A stretch of DNA of 64,000 bases from Octopus sinensis. Its lineage: Eukaryota. This document shows, one piece after another, positions 36,593-48,152 of the stretch (position 1 is its first letter; every line of letters begins with the position of its first letter). The notes beneath the pieces are model-generated. The model made no database searches, was not told the origin of the DNA, and worked only from the letters and a program-made list of their open reading frames with translations. Made by a program: the position numbers and the translations under genes. Location of the stretch: assembly GCF_006345805.1 (NCBI RefSeq), contig NC_043004.1, forward strand, positions 7,812,001 through 7,876,000. Reading direction: 5' to 3'.

Positions 36593-37215
36593 TTAACCCT
36601 TTCGTTACCAAACTGCCCGAAAAAAATTTTGGTTAATGTGACCAAACCGCCCAAACCCGCCCGTATTTACCTATTCATATTTAAATGAGAATATCAGAGC
36701 AAATCTCTATAGTACATTCGTGAAAACATGTGATTATACTTCGTAAACAGTTCATCTACAGTTTTGTACAATGATCGAAGTGTAATTTTAATTCCGTGAA
36801 TTTTGGGAGATTTTTTTCCGAAATTTGTTCCTATTGTGTTTTCAAAATTTGTAATTCTGACAAAAAATGGATACGAATTTCATTATATCAAGCAGCGAGT
36901 CAGAATTCGAAGGCTTTTCTACTGAAGACCTTGATAAATCTAACTCTATGACTGAAAAAAAAAGCACGAGGTATTTGATAATGAATCCGATGTTTCATTT
37001 TCCGAAAGTGAAAACAGTGAATCCGAGAGCTCCGACAGCGATAAAGAAAATGAATTGGCACCTGAATGGAGTGAAAATTTAAAAACTGTTTCTTTCGGTG
37101 ATTTTTCTGAAGAAACTAGACCAAGCCACAGTCTTTCCCAGGAGAGTAAAGCCTTAGACTATTTCTATTTACTTTTTCAAATGAGCCTATTTGAAATCAT
37201 TATGGCGGAAACCCC
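36593..37215 (+). mobile_element. piggyBac-like transposon left end with N-terminal transposase fragment
   Basis: TTAA|CCCTTT terminus; frameshifted acidic N-terminus (SSSESEFEGFSTEDL...) followed by ALDYFYLLF..LFEIIMAET, typical of piggyBac transposases; no matching right TIR found. Confidence 0.7.
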
Positions 37216-37995
37216 TCATTCTGTGTGTGTGTGTGTGTGTGACAACCTAAGTGCTGTGTCCTGGATCAGTTAGCGATTATATTATTTATTTAGAAATTCA
37301 TATATTCTGGTGCACTTATTGTTTCTTAGTTATGATGGGGAAGCATCCAGGGTTTTAAGTCAGTTCTGTCAACCCCACTATGTCTGGGACTTATTAAAGG
37401 GTTATGTTTATCTTGAATTCTATCCATTTTAAGGATATAAATACCTCAAAGAATTGATACCAGTATACGCAGACGCTCGTATATAATCATCATCATTACA
37501 TTGCTCAGTTGCCCTTGCTTTCAAGGGTCACACAGAGTTTGTTGAAGCAGATTTTGTACAGCTGGATGCCCTTCCTGTCTCCAGCCCTCATCTGTTGCTA
37601 AGCAACGCAATATCTCTCCATGGTTTGATATTTTTTGGTGGAAGACTGGAAACAAACAACATCACTTGTATGGTGGTGATGCTTGTTTACAACCATGACA
37701 TGATATCAAGACAAGGGCACACACACACACACACACACAATGGGCTTTTGCCAGTTTCTGTCTACCAAATCCACTCACAAGGCTTTGCTCATTCTGGAGC
37801 TATTAATGTAGACACTTATCAAAGGTGCCATACAATAAGATTGAACTCAAGACCCCATGGGTAGAGAGCAAGTTTCTTCATCACAGCTACTTATTTCGTA
37901 TATTTCTTTTAAAAATATGATGTTCTCAATGTTAAAATTAACTCTTGCAAATATTGGGTAAAGTTTGTAATTATTTTTGTTGTTGTTGTTTCCAG

Positions 37996-38039
37996 GTGAA
38001 GTCTTACGCGGTGATCGGATTACTAACACACCCTATGAA
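37996..38039 (+). CDS. TM9SF4: TM9SF4 exon 4 (GEVLRGDRITNTPYE)
   Basis: ccag/gtaagg; conserved GEVLRGDRI motif; phase consistent. Confidence 0.95.
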
Positions 38040-38154
38040 GTAAGGAAATGTTCTTCTCTTCTTTTCTCACTTTCAGCTGATTGACTTCAAACCTTTGGCA
38101 GGATTATCCTGTTTCTAACTACTCAAAGACACTGTTATAAAATCCAAAAATGTA

Positions 38155-38337
38155 GGCGTAGGAGTGGCTGTGTGGTAAGTAACTTGCTTACGAACCACAT
38201 GGTTCCGGGTTCAGTCCCACTGCGTGGCACCTTGGGCAAGTGTCTTCTACTATAGCCTCGGGCCAACCAAAACCTTGTGAGTGGATTTGGTAGATGGAAA
38301 CTGAAAGAAGCCCGTCGTGTATATATATATATATATG

Positions 38338-38388
<51 letters not shown>

Positions 38389-38640
38389 GTATGTATATAT
38401 GTATGTTTGTATGTGTATGTATATATTTGTATCTGTGTTTGCCCCCCCCAACATCGCCTGACAACCGATGCTGGTGTGTTTACATCTCTGTAACTTAATG
38501 GTTCGGCAAAAGAGACTGATAAAATAAGTACTAAGCTTACAAAGAATAAGTCCTGCCTGGGGTCAATTTGCTTGACTAAAGGCTGTGCTCCAGTGTGGCC
38601 ACAGTCAAATGACTGAAACAAGTAAAAGAGAGAAAAAGAG
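38155..38640 (+). mobile_element. tRNA-derived SINE family B (CORE-like body, internal TA/TG microsatellite, LINE-like tail)
   Basis: Head GGCTGTGTGGTAAG...GGTTCAGTCCC, body GGCACCTTGGGCAAGTG, tail ...CAGTCAAATGACTGAAACAAGTAAAAG. Related pieces at 1-205, 20100-20555, 27910-28190, 29410-29760, 45420-45665, 48145-48330, 49250-49590, 57310-57480. Confidence 0.85.
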
Positions 38641-39424
38641 AGTCTTATAAGCTCTTGATTTGCAATCATTTGTTCTACTCTGACTTGCACCCCCTCCCTC
38701 CACTCGTCTGTTTTTCCTCTGAAATTATTCCGTTGCTTTAAGTGATGAGGGATACTTAGTTGCTCTGATTTGTTGAAGCCTCTTCTAGACCGGTGAGGTT
38801 GTTGATATTCAAAACAATGCCATGTGAATGAAACTTGGTAAACGTAGACACTGTGGAACCCTGTTGTGTGTATGTGTGTGTGTGTAAATATATAATCATC
38901 ATTGTTTAACGTCCGTTTTCCATGCTAGCATGGGTTGGACGGTTTGACCGAGGTATGGGAAGCTCGGAGGCTGCACCAGGCTCCAATCTGATCTGGCAGT
39001 GTTTCTACAGCTGGATGCCCTTCCTAACGCCAATCACTCCGTGAGTGTAGTGGGTGCTTCTTACGTGCCACCTGCACAGGTGCAGATTGGAGTCTGGTGC
39101 AGCCACTAGCTTTCCAGACCTCAGTCAAATTGTCCAACCCATGCCAGCATAGAAAACGGACATTAAACGACGATGATGATGATATCATCATTTAATATCT
39201 TTTCTATATTAGTATGGGTTGGAAAGTTTGACAAGAGCTGGCAGCAAGCCAGGGAGCTATGCCAAGTTCTGTTGTCTGTTTTTGGTGGTTTCTGTGGCTG
39301 GATGTCCTTAACACCAACCACTCTACAGGGTGGACTGGATGCTTCACACCAGTGGGGTTACCAAGTAACTTGTAAGACAAGACAGGATAAAGTCCCCTAG
39401 ACTGGGGAGATTAGTAGGGATCTT

Positions 39425-39845
39425 GTTGTAGAAAAGATACAAGGGTATGTATGTAAGGGTCTTCCTATGATGCTGACATGCAGTATCTGTGCAAGATCCT
39501 GCCTCAGTAAAGCTGGACTCAAGAGTCATCTTCATAGTCATAAAGCGAGACAGATGAGTGACAACCTGGCCACTAGTGGTGGTGTTACACACCATACTAA
39601 TCATATCTGCTAGGCATGTGGAAGAGAGTGTAATTCGGCAGGAGGACTTAAACAACATGCAAAGGTACATGAAGCCCAGTTACAACTACAGCCGGCTACT
39701 GCCGGTAATGGTTTTAGCTGCCAGTTCTGTACAAGACATTGTAGATCTTTAGCTGGGCTAAAAAGTCACATTCAATCACAGCACCAATAACAGTTAAGCT
39801 TCGTGCAATGGCCGTACTCGATAACGAGGGAGCAGCCATCATCAT
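39425..39845 (+). mobile_element. LINE (RTE/BovB-like) 3' end encoding three C2H2 zinc fingers
   Basis: Frame from 39467: CSICARSCLSKAGLKSHLHSH, C*ACGRECNSAGGLKQHAKVH, CQFCTRHCRSLAGLKSHIQSQH, stop 39788-39790; short 3' UTR ending GCAGCCATCATCAT. Confidence 0.75.
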
Positions 39846-39879
39846 GTATAACGTGATGGTGGAACAATGTTGTAGGCAG

Positions 39880-41427
39880 GGCTATTAGAAAAAAGAGACA
39901 GGCTTGGAAGGACTGGAAGAATGGTGGTAGCAGGGAATCGTATCAGACTGCCAAAAGAGAAGCTAGGAGACAGGTTTGTTTAGCCAGAGCGGAAGCAGAT
40001 AAGAAAAAAAATTGCCAATGTTCTGCGCCGTGAGGACCAAAGACTTGAGGTATTTCATGTTGCAAGACAGTGTATGAGAGAGAATCGTGATGTGGTAGGA
40101 GAGAAATGTGTCCACATGGATGATGGTTCACTTGCACTAAATGAGGCTGCAAGGAGAGAGGTTTGGAGATGCCACTATGAAAGGCTGCTGAACAAAGAAA
40201 ATGAATGGGAGAAAGAGAGTCTGACGATTGTCGTCCCAACAGAGGGACCAGCTATCCGAGTTGACTGTACCTTGGTAGTTAAAGCAATTAAGAGTATGAA
40301 GACAGGGAAAGCCCCCGACCCATCAGAAATTACTTCAGAGATGCTCAAAATATCTGGCAGTGTCGGCATTAGCCTGTATAGTTAACCAGGTGATACACGA
40401 AGGAGTCATACCCAATGATTGGTATAGCAGCACTATAGTCAACTGCTACAAAGGTAAAGGTGACACTTTAAATACAAATAATTACAGAGGTATCAAGCTC
40501 TTGGATCAGGTAATGAAGGTCACGGAGAGGGTCATAGCCCAACTAATTAGGGAAAGAGTCAGTTTGGATGAGATGCAGTTTGGTTTCGTGCCAGGGAAAA
40601 GCATCACTGATGCTATATTTCTGGTTAGACAGCTGCAGGAGAAATACCTAGCCAAAGTTAAGCCCCTGTACCTAGCTTTGGTTGACATGGAGAAAGCCTT
40701 TGGCAGGGTCCCCCGATCTCTTATCTGGTGGTCAATGAGGAAACTAGGGATAGATGAATGGTTAGTGAGAGCCGTGCAAGCCATGTACAGGGACACTGTC
40801 AGTAAGGTGAGGGTTGGCAACGAGTACAGTGAAGAATTCCGGGTAGAGGTAGGAGTCCACCAAGGTTCAGTCCTCAGCCCCCTCCTATTTATCATAGTCC
40901 TCCAGGCAATAATGGAGGAATTCAAGACAGGATGTCCCTGGGAGCTCCTCTATGCTGATGACCTTGCTCTAATTGCTGAGTCACTAACAGAACTAGAGGA
41001 GACGTTTCAAGTGTGGAAACAAGGATTAGAATCGAAGGGCCTTAAAGTCAACCTAGCTAAAACCAAAGTCCTAATAAGTAGGAAGGCATGCAAACCACAA
41101 ATCCCTTCAGGTAGATGGCCTTGTTCGATCTGTAGAAAAGGTGTAGGTAGAAACTATATAAGATGTACCCAGTGTAAGCTATGGACACATAAGAGGTGCA
41201 ACAATATCAAAGGAAGGCTAACTGGGAGGATAGTTTTTGTATGTGGCAGAAGCTCGGGCACTCTAAATAACACTGAAAATATCCAGAGAACAACTTCCAC
41301 CACATTCCAGGGAGAAAAACTTGAAGTAGTTAATAGCTTCCGTTACCTAGGTGACCAAGTCAGTAGTGGGGGAGGGTTCACTGAAAGTGTAGCTACTAGA
41401 ATAAGAATAGCCTGGGCTAAGTTTTAA
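39880..41427 (+). mobile_element. RTE LINE ORF fragment with an open 355-codon RT region
   Basis: ORFs 40074-40385 and 40360-41427: QFGF, GVHQGSVLSP, YADD, Cys/His-rich WPCSICRKG...CTQCKLWTHKRC, F.YLG; truncated at both ends. Confidence 0.95.
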
Positions 41428-41592
41428 GATGGGGATTTCTAACCTAGCCCACTGGCATCCTCACCTCATTTTACATGTCCCTGTAAATTTTGGAGTCAAT
41501 CCGATGGGATCTAGTGGCCTTTAACCCGTTCTCAATGCCAAAACCAGACAAACAAACAAACTTTTCGCATTTCAGATTTATAATATAGAGAT
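41428..41592 (-). mobile_element. Helitron-like 5' terminus abutting the truncated RTE
   Basis: Minus strand starts A|TCTCTATATTATAAA followed by (GTTT)n, like the 5' end at 3203. Confidence 0.55.
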
Positions 41593-42622
41593 ATATATAT
41601 ATATATACATAGAGAGAGAGCTATTAGTGAAGGATTATCAATCTGTTATGTTCTCTGTTAGTTAAACCTGGCTAACAATATTGTTTAGATTAGTAAATAA
41701 CTGTGTGTTCTTGTTGAAGGGTCCCAGATTATAGTTCATCACCTTGCTGTATTGTCAATCCAAGGTTGTGTTCCAGTTATGCTGGTTTTTACAGAGTGTG
41801 ATGTACAAGACAAGGTATAAAGAACAGTCATTACATACCTCTATATTGTAAATGACAAAAGTAGCATTGGTTTTTTTGTTTTTGGGTCATTCAATTTTTC
41901 TCAACTGATCAATGGGCCAATTGATTAAACCTCTCAGTAAAAAACCTATAATGACTACTGGAAACAGCTGTAAGTCAAATTTACTACAATAAAGACATAC
42001 ACACACATATGCATACACATACTTACTCCTACACATTCACATATACTTATGTATGTCTATAACTTTGGCTGATGTATTTCAGTAAAAAATGCAAATATCA
42101 TCAACAAAATATACTGGTGTTTTCAAACAAAACTAACTTGTATTTGTTCTGCCCAAGTTGCACAGATACTCCTTTGACAGTGTCTCCATGCTAAATCCAG
42201 TGAACCATTGATTGGTTGTTGGAAGCCTTTAACTTGTGATATTATTGTTTGGTCTACAAACTGTGATATCAGATGAATAATCCAAATAGTTATCTGGCTT
42301 TTAGTTCAGTTGTGGTCCCTGAAATTCCTATATTATTTCATTAAATAGAACTGATGGGAAATAAAAATACTTTATTTACGAGATTGAAAAATCTCTTATG
42401 TCACTGAAAAAAATTACTTATGTGTTAGTTGCTTATGGCTTTAAAATTAAAAAGGTAAAAATCGAATTAATATGTAAGGGGAAGTAAATATTAATTATAT
42501 AGACAAAAAGTTTACACCTATACTTATATATGTGAAATATACATAGACACATATGTATAATTATATCAAAGGAGCGAGGGTGAAAATGACCTCTCTCCAG
42601 CTTGTTTGAAGTGCCAATACCT

Positions 42623-42865
42623 ATTTCTTTACTACCCACAAGGGGCTAAACACAGAGAGACAAACAAGGACAGACAAACGGATTAAGCCAATTACATCTA
42701 TCCTAGTGTGTAACTGGTACTTAATTTATCGACCCCGAAAGGATGAAAGGCAAAGTCGACCTCGGCGGAATTTGAACTCAGAACGCAGCGGCAGACGAAA
42801 TACTGCTAAGCATTTCGCCCGGCGTGCTAACGATTCTGCCAGCTTGCCGCCATTTAGGGTTAAGG
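42623..42865 (-). mobile_element. Family A SINE with 17-bp target-site duplication
   Basis: TTGAAGTGCCAATACCT at 42606-42622 and 42866-42882 flanks the copy. Confidence 0.9.
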
Positions 42866-43314
42866 TTGAAGTGCCAATACCTTAAAAATACCTTAAAAAG
42901 AAACTACCAAAAACTCCAGCTAAATATACACATAGCTGAAAGTGGGCTAGTGAGAGAAAATTCAAAAGACCTCATGTTAATTGTGAATTGGTTTCAATTT
43001 CTGGATTAAAGCAAAAAATAAGCTTTCTTCCTTGGTCAACACAATACATGGTGGGAAAATATATGCTCAAATAATTGTACATACAGTCCAAAGCAAGTTC
43101 ACATGTCTACATACAAATATTTGCACATATAGATCCAAGGAAAGTCAATTTTTAAATCCCCTCACGGCAGCCAAAGTGTATATTATAGGAATAGTCAAGC
43201 AGTAAATGCTCTTCCGGTCAGGAGTAAAAACAATTAAATTATTTATTAATTCATTCTTTAATACACATGTGTTTATAATCTAAAAACTTACTCATCAAAA
43301 TACAGGATCAGATA

Positions 43315-43610
43315 CACAACAGCTTGGGTTTCAGGGGACCACAGCTCTTCAGTATCCTTCCTAAATGCCTGAGAGACCTGCATGTTGTGGATGTGGGTTT
43401 CTTTAAAACTAAACTGGATCTCTTCTTGTCAGGGATTCCAGATGAACCTACCTCTTGGCATGAGACACAGACGCGGGCAGCGGCGTCGAACTACCTTGTT
43501 GATCAAATGCCACGTATCAGAGGTGGTTTCACATACTAGTGTAGCTCATTCAACAGTGGTGCCCCAGCATGGCCGCAGCCTTCGGGCTGAAATATTTTTA
43601 AGGATTTAGG
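43315..43610 (+). mobile_element. CR1/L2-type LINE 3' end
   Basis: GFRGPQLFSILPKCLRDL...FKTKLDLFLSGIPDEP...RAAASN.LVDQ, stop 43539; 3' UTR hairpin CAGCC-TTCG-GGCTG. Confidence 0.8.
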
Positions 43611-44315
43611 ATTTAGTTTATACTCAAATGAACATAAACATATGTACCCATATTTACATAGTCTCCTTTGGCTCCTGTGCCGGTGGCACGTAAAAAGCAC
43701 CATTCGTGTGTGGTTGTTGTCAGGGCTGCCTGACTGGCCCTCATGCTGGTGGTATGTAAAAAGCACCCACTACACTCTTGGAGTAGATGGCATTAGGAAG
43801 GGCATCAAGCTGTAGAAACCTTGCCAGATCAGATTGGAGCCTTCCTTAGTGATCTATCACCCCTTCCTCTCATTCATAAACACAAGAGTATTATTATAGT
43901 AGATTATCTCAGTAACCATGGGTGCTATAAAAAAAGTACAAAGCCCAGCAACACCACCAGATCGTTCTATACATCTGCGTAATTTTTCGCTCAATATTAC
44001 CCAGCTGTTTGACTATGAATCCCAAGACAAGAAAGATATATATATATATCATCATCATCAGAAAGATATATATATATATATCATCATCATCGTCGTCGTT
44101 TAACGTCCGTTTTCCATGCTAGCATGGGTTGGATGGTTCGACCGGGGTCTGGGAAGCTATGAGGCTGCACCAGGCCCCAGTCTGATCCGGCAGTGTTTCT
44201 ACAGCTGGATGCCCTTCCTAATGCCAACCACTCTGTGAGTGTAGTGGGTGCTTTTTACGTGCCACAGGCACGGAAACCAGTTAGCCGCTCTGGCAACGAT
44301 CATGCTCGGATGGTG

Positions 44316-44318
<3 letters not shown>

Positions 44319-44398
<80 letters not shown>

Positions 44399-44410
44399 CA
44401 TCATCATCAT
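44319..44410. repeat. Compound microsatellite (TA)n(CA)n(CAT)n
   Basis: Read directly; similar (TA)n/(TG)n tracts at 20091-20135, 28608-28712, 36385-36417, 38320-38425, 48103-48150, 57546-57652. Confidence 0.95.
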
Positions 44411-44879
44411 TGTTTAACATCTGTTTTCCATGCTGGCATGGGTTGGATGGTTTGACTGACAGCTGGCAAGCCAGAAGTCTGCACCAGGCTCCAATCTGAA
44501 CTGGCAAGGTTTCTACACCTGGATGCCCTTCCTAATGCCAACCACTCTGAGAGTGTAGTGGGTGCTTTTTACATGCCACTGCCATGCGAGCCAATCAGGG
44601 GACACTGGTGTTGACCATGTTTAGATGTTTTTTTTTACATGCCACTGGTAAAGGAGCCAGTCAGGGGGCACTAGCATCGACCCACACTCAGATGGTGCTT
44701 ATTATGTGCCAGTAGCATGCGTGCCTGTCAGGTGGCACTGGCCATGACTACAATTTGATTTTACTTGCCTCAACAGGTCTTCTCAAGCACATCATATCAC
44801 CCGACACTTCAAGGGTACTTTTAAATGGGTCGGTCACGTAACACTGGCATCAGTGAACTCACTTCACTTGCCAGGTCTT

Positions 44880-45420
44880 CTCAATCACTGCATATCTCCA
44901 AAGGTCCCAGTCTTACCCAACGTTCGTAAGTCGTGCTTCACCACCTCATCCCATTTCTTCCTGGGTCTCCCTCTTCCATGGGTTCCCTCCACTGTTAGGG
45001 TGTAACACTTCTTCACACAGCTTTCCTCATCCATATGCAGCACATAACCATACCAGCACGGTCATCTCTCTTGCACACCACTTCTTATGTTCAATATTTG
45101 TCTCAGGGCGCCTACACCCTGTCATGTGTGCACACTGACATTACACATCCAGTGGATCATACTAGCTTCATTTCTTTCAAGCCTACATATGTCCTCAACA
45201 GTCACAGCCCATGTTTCACTGCCATGTAGCATGGCTGTTCACACACATGCATCATACAGTCTACTTTTCACTCTGAGTGAGAGGCCCTTTGTCACCAGCA
45301 GAGGTAGGAGCTTTCTGAACTTTGCCCAGGCTATTCTTATTCTCACAGCTACGCCCACTACAGACTTGGTTGCCGAAGTAGCAGAAGCTACCAACTACTT
45401 CTAGTCTTTCCCCTTGGCAT
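44880..45420 (-). mobile_element. RTE LINE RT C-terminal fragment
   Basis: Minus strand VRIRIAWAKFRKLLPLLVTKGLSLRVKSRLYDACV. Confidence 0.85.
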
Positions 45421-46850
45421 GTCATGGAATCTGTGTGTGTGTGTGTGCATGTTTATATTTGTTTCCTTGCCACCATTTGACAACTAGTGTTGGTTTGTTT
45501 ACATCCCTGTAACTTAGTGGTTTGGCAAAAAGACCAATAGAATAAGTACCAGGCTTTAAAAAAATAACTATTGGGGTCAGTTTATTTGACTAAAACCCTT
45601 CAAGGCAGTGCCACAGCATGGCCACAGCCCAATGACTGAAACAAGTAAAAGATTATAAAAAAAGGTATTTTGTCCAGTACCATAGATCATCATCATTGTT
45701 TAATGTCCGCTTTCCATGCTAGCATGGGTTGGACGATTTTGACTGAGGGCTGGTGAGCCAGATGGCTGCACCAGGCTCCAATCTTGATCTGGCAGAGTTT
45801 CTACAGCTGGATGCCCTTCCTAATGCCAATCACTCCAAGAGTGTAGTGGATGCTTTTTATGTGCCACCAGCATGGGGGCCAGTCAGGCGGTACTGGCAAT
45901 GACCTTGCTGAAATCTTTTACACATGCCACCGGCACAGGTGCCAGTAAGGTGATGCTGGTAACGATCACGCTTGAATGGTGTCTTTTATGTGCCACCGGC
46001 ACAGTGGCCAGATAGCTGCTCTGGCAATGATCACGCTCGGATGGAGCTCTTAGTACTCTACTACCATGGGGCTCGAGTGCCAGTAAAGTGATGCTGGTAA
46101 CAATCACGCTTGAATGGTGCCTTGTAAGTGCCACTGGCATGGAAGCTGGTTAGCCGCTCTGTCAATGATCACACTCGTATGGTGCTCTTTACACTCTGCT
46201 AGCACAGACGCCAGTCATCGAATTTGATTTTGATTTTGATTAAAAACACTTTTCAAATCTCTTGAACATTTTCTCTGTGATGTAGAAACTTACTAAGCTT
46301 AATTAATCCCAACATTTTATATAGCAATGTTGTAAGTCACCACATGTCCAGTTCTCTGTGGGCTTCCTTTTAGTTTCCCCTTTTCTGACTCTTCCCTTCC
46401 AATACTTGTTCTCTCCCTTTTTTCTCTGATTATAATGATTTTTCCTTCCTTTTATTAATCTCATTACTGTTTTAACCCTCTCAGACCTGGGCCCCTATGT
46501 CTAGCTTTACTCACCACCTGGGCTTCTGAGCTTCAAAATAAATAGTTGCACACACAGCTCATGAATGGACAGAATCGGCAGCTGACCAACGGACATAATC
46601 GGCTGCTGCTTCTTCTATTTCTATATGTTGCTCATTACTTCTTTACCAAGATTCCAGCAGAGATAATGTTTAACCTCTTCCTGCTATAGCAGGAATATGG
46701 TGTGACAGTGAGAATGTCTCCAATTTCTTTGGATTCCACTGTTTTTACTGTAAATGAAATAATTTCAACTTCTTTTCTAATCCTTTATAACAACAGTTGA
46801 CTTAAATGCTATTTTTTCTTTTGTTTTGCTTTTTTCCCCTCAACTTTTAG

Positions 46851-46972
46851 GTTACTATGGCTGATAGTAAAGGCTGTGAAATTCTTTGCCATAATGAGAA
46901 AGCTGTTACTATGATGATAGAGGATAGTAAACTCATGGCAGAAAGGATCAGACATGCATATTATGTCCATTT
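46851..46972 (+). CDS. TM9SF4: TM9SF4 exon 5 (VTMADSKGCEILC...AERIRHAYYVH+TT)
   Basis: tttag/gtaagt; homologous to CEVLC...AERITEDYYVHL. Confidence 0.93.
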
Positions 46973-47752
46973 GTAAGTAAAAACTGAATCTCTACTATTG
47001 TTGTTGTTAATTAAACTGGCCGAGTGGTTACTGTGCCAGGCAAATGCTCTGCAGTATTTTGTCTGTCTTTATGATCTGAGTTCAGATTCTGCTAAAGCTG
47101 ACCTTACCTTCCATTCTTTCAGGCTTGATAAAATAAGTACTAGTTAAATACTGGGGGGGGGGTGGGGGGGTCGATTATACCCTTCCCCCAAAATTGTTGG
47201 CCTTGCGCAAAAACTCTACATCATCATCATTAGTGTCTGGGTTGGACAGTTCAGCAAGAGCTGGTAAGCTAGGGGACTGTTACTAAACTTCAAGGTCTGC
47301 TGCTTTGGTGTGGTTTCTGTGGCTGGATGCCCTTCCTAATGCTAACCAGTTTACACTACTGGATGCTTTCTACATGCTGCATAGTGACCATTGAGGTCAT
47401 CAAATAACTTGAGTAAAACAACAAATGGAGTGGCAGTCAGAGGCAGCTAACTGCAGGCAAACTGTGGTCAGCTCTGAATTCACCAGTATTTCGATGGAAA
47501 TGAAATAAAATTTTTATTGTAAATTATATTTATCAATTTCACACACACACATACACAAAAGAGCATATATGTTACATACAATAAAATGATTTCATCAATC
47601 TAAAAAATGTAAACAAACATGTGGATGCACTTACACACATGTATGTATGTATGTACATAAATAGAGATATGAATGTATGAGTGTATATACATACATACAT
47701 ATATAGACACACACACATATACATACACACACACATTTTTATTTTATTATAT

Positions 47753-47787
<35 letters not shown>

Positions 47788-47860
47788 GAGAGATGTGGGA
47801 AAGATATGTCTACAAAATAAGAATGTATGTATGTGTGTGTATGTGTATCTATCTATATAG

Positions 47861-48012
47861 ATACAAAATTTAGAGGACTGACCACTAAAAATGGACAGCC
47901 TGTATGCTAGATATAGATGTCAAAATCGCCATTTTCCACGAAGGCGATTTTGACGTCTATATCTAGCATACAGGCTGTCCATTTTTAGTGGTCAGTCCTC
48001 TAAATTTTGTAT
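47861..48012. repeat. Near-perfect foldback (70-bp arms, 12-nt loop)
   Basis: 47861-47930 versus 47943-48012, one mismatch that is G-U compatible. Confidence 0.92.
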
Positions 48013-48099
48013 GTAAAAAAATTTTTAATCTTTGGATTTAAAAAAAAAAATGCTAGGCCACTGGTTTTAATTGATTAATATCAATTTCTACCCTTATTT

Positions 48100-48152
<53 letters not shown>

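Noticed and set aside
37394-37404. AAAGGGTTAT as the right piggyBac terminus
   Set aside because: The adjacent bases do not match the left TIR (CCCTTTCGTTACC) and the TTAA is imperfect.
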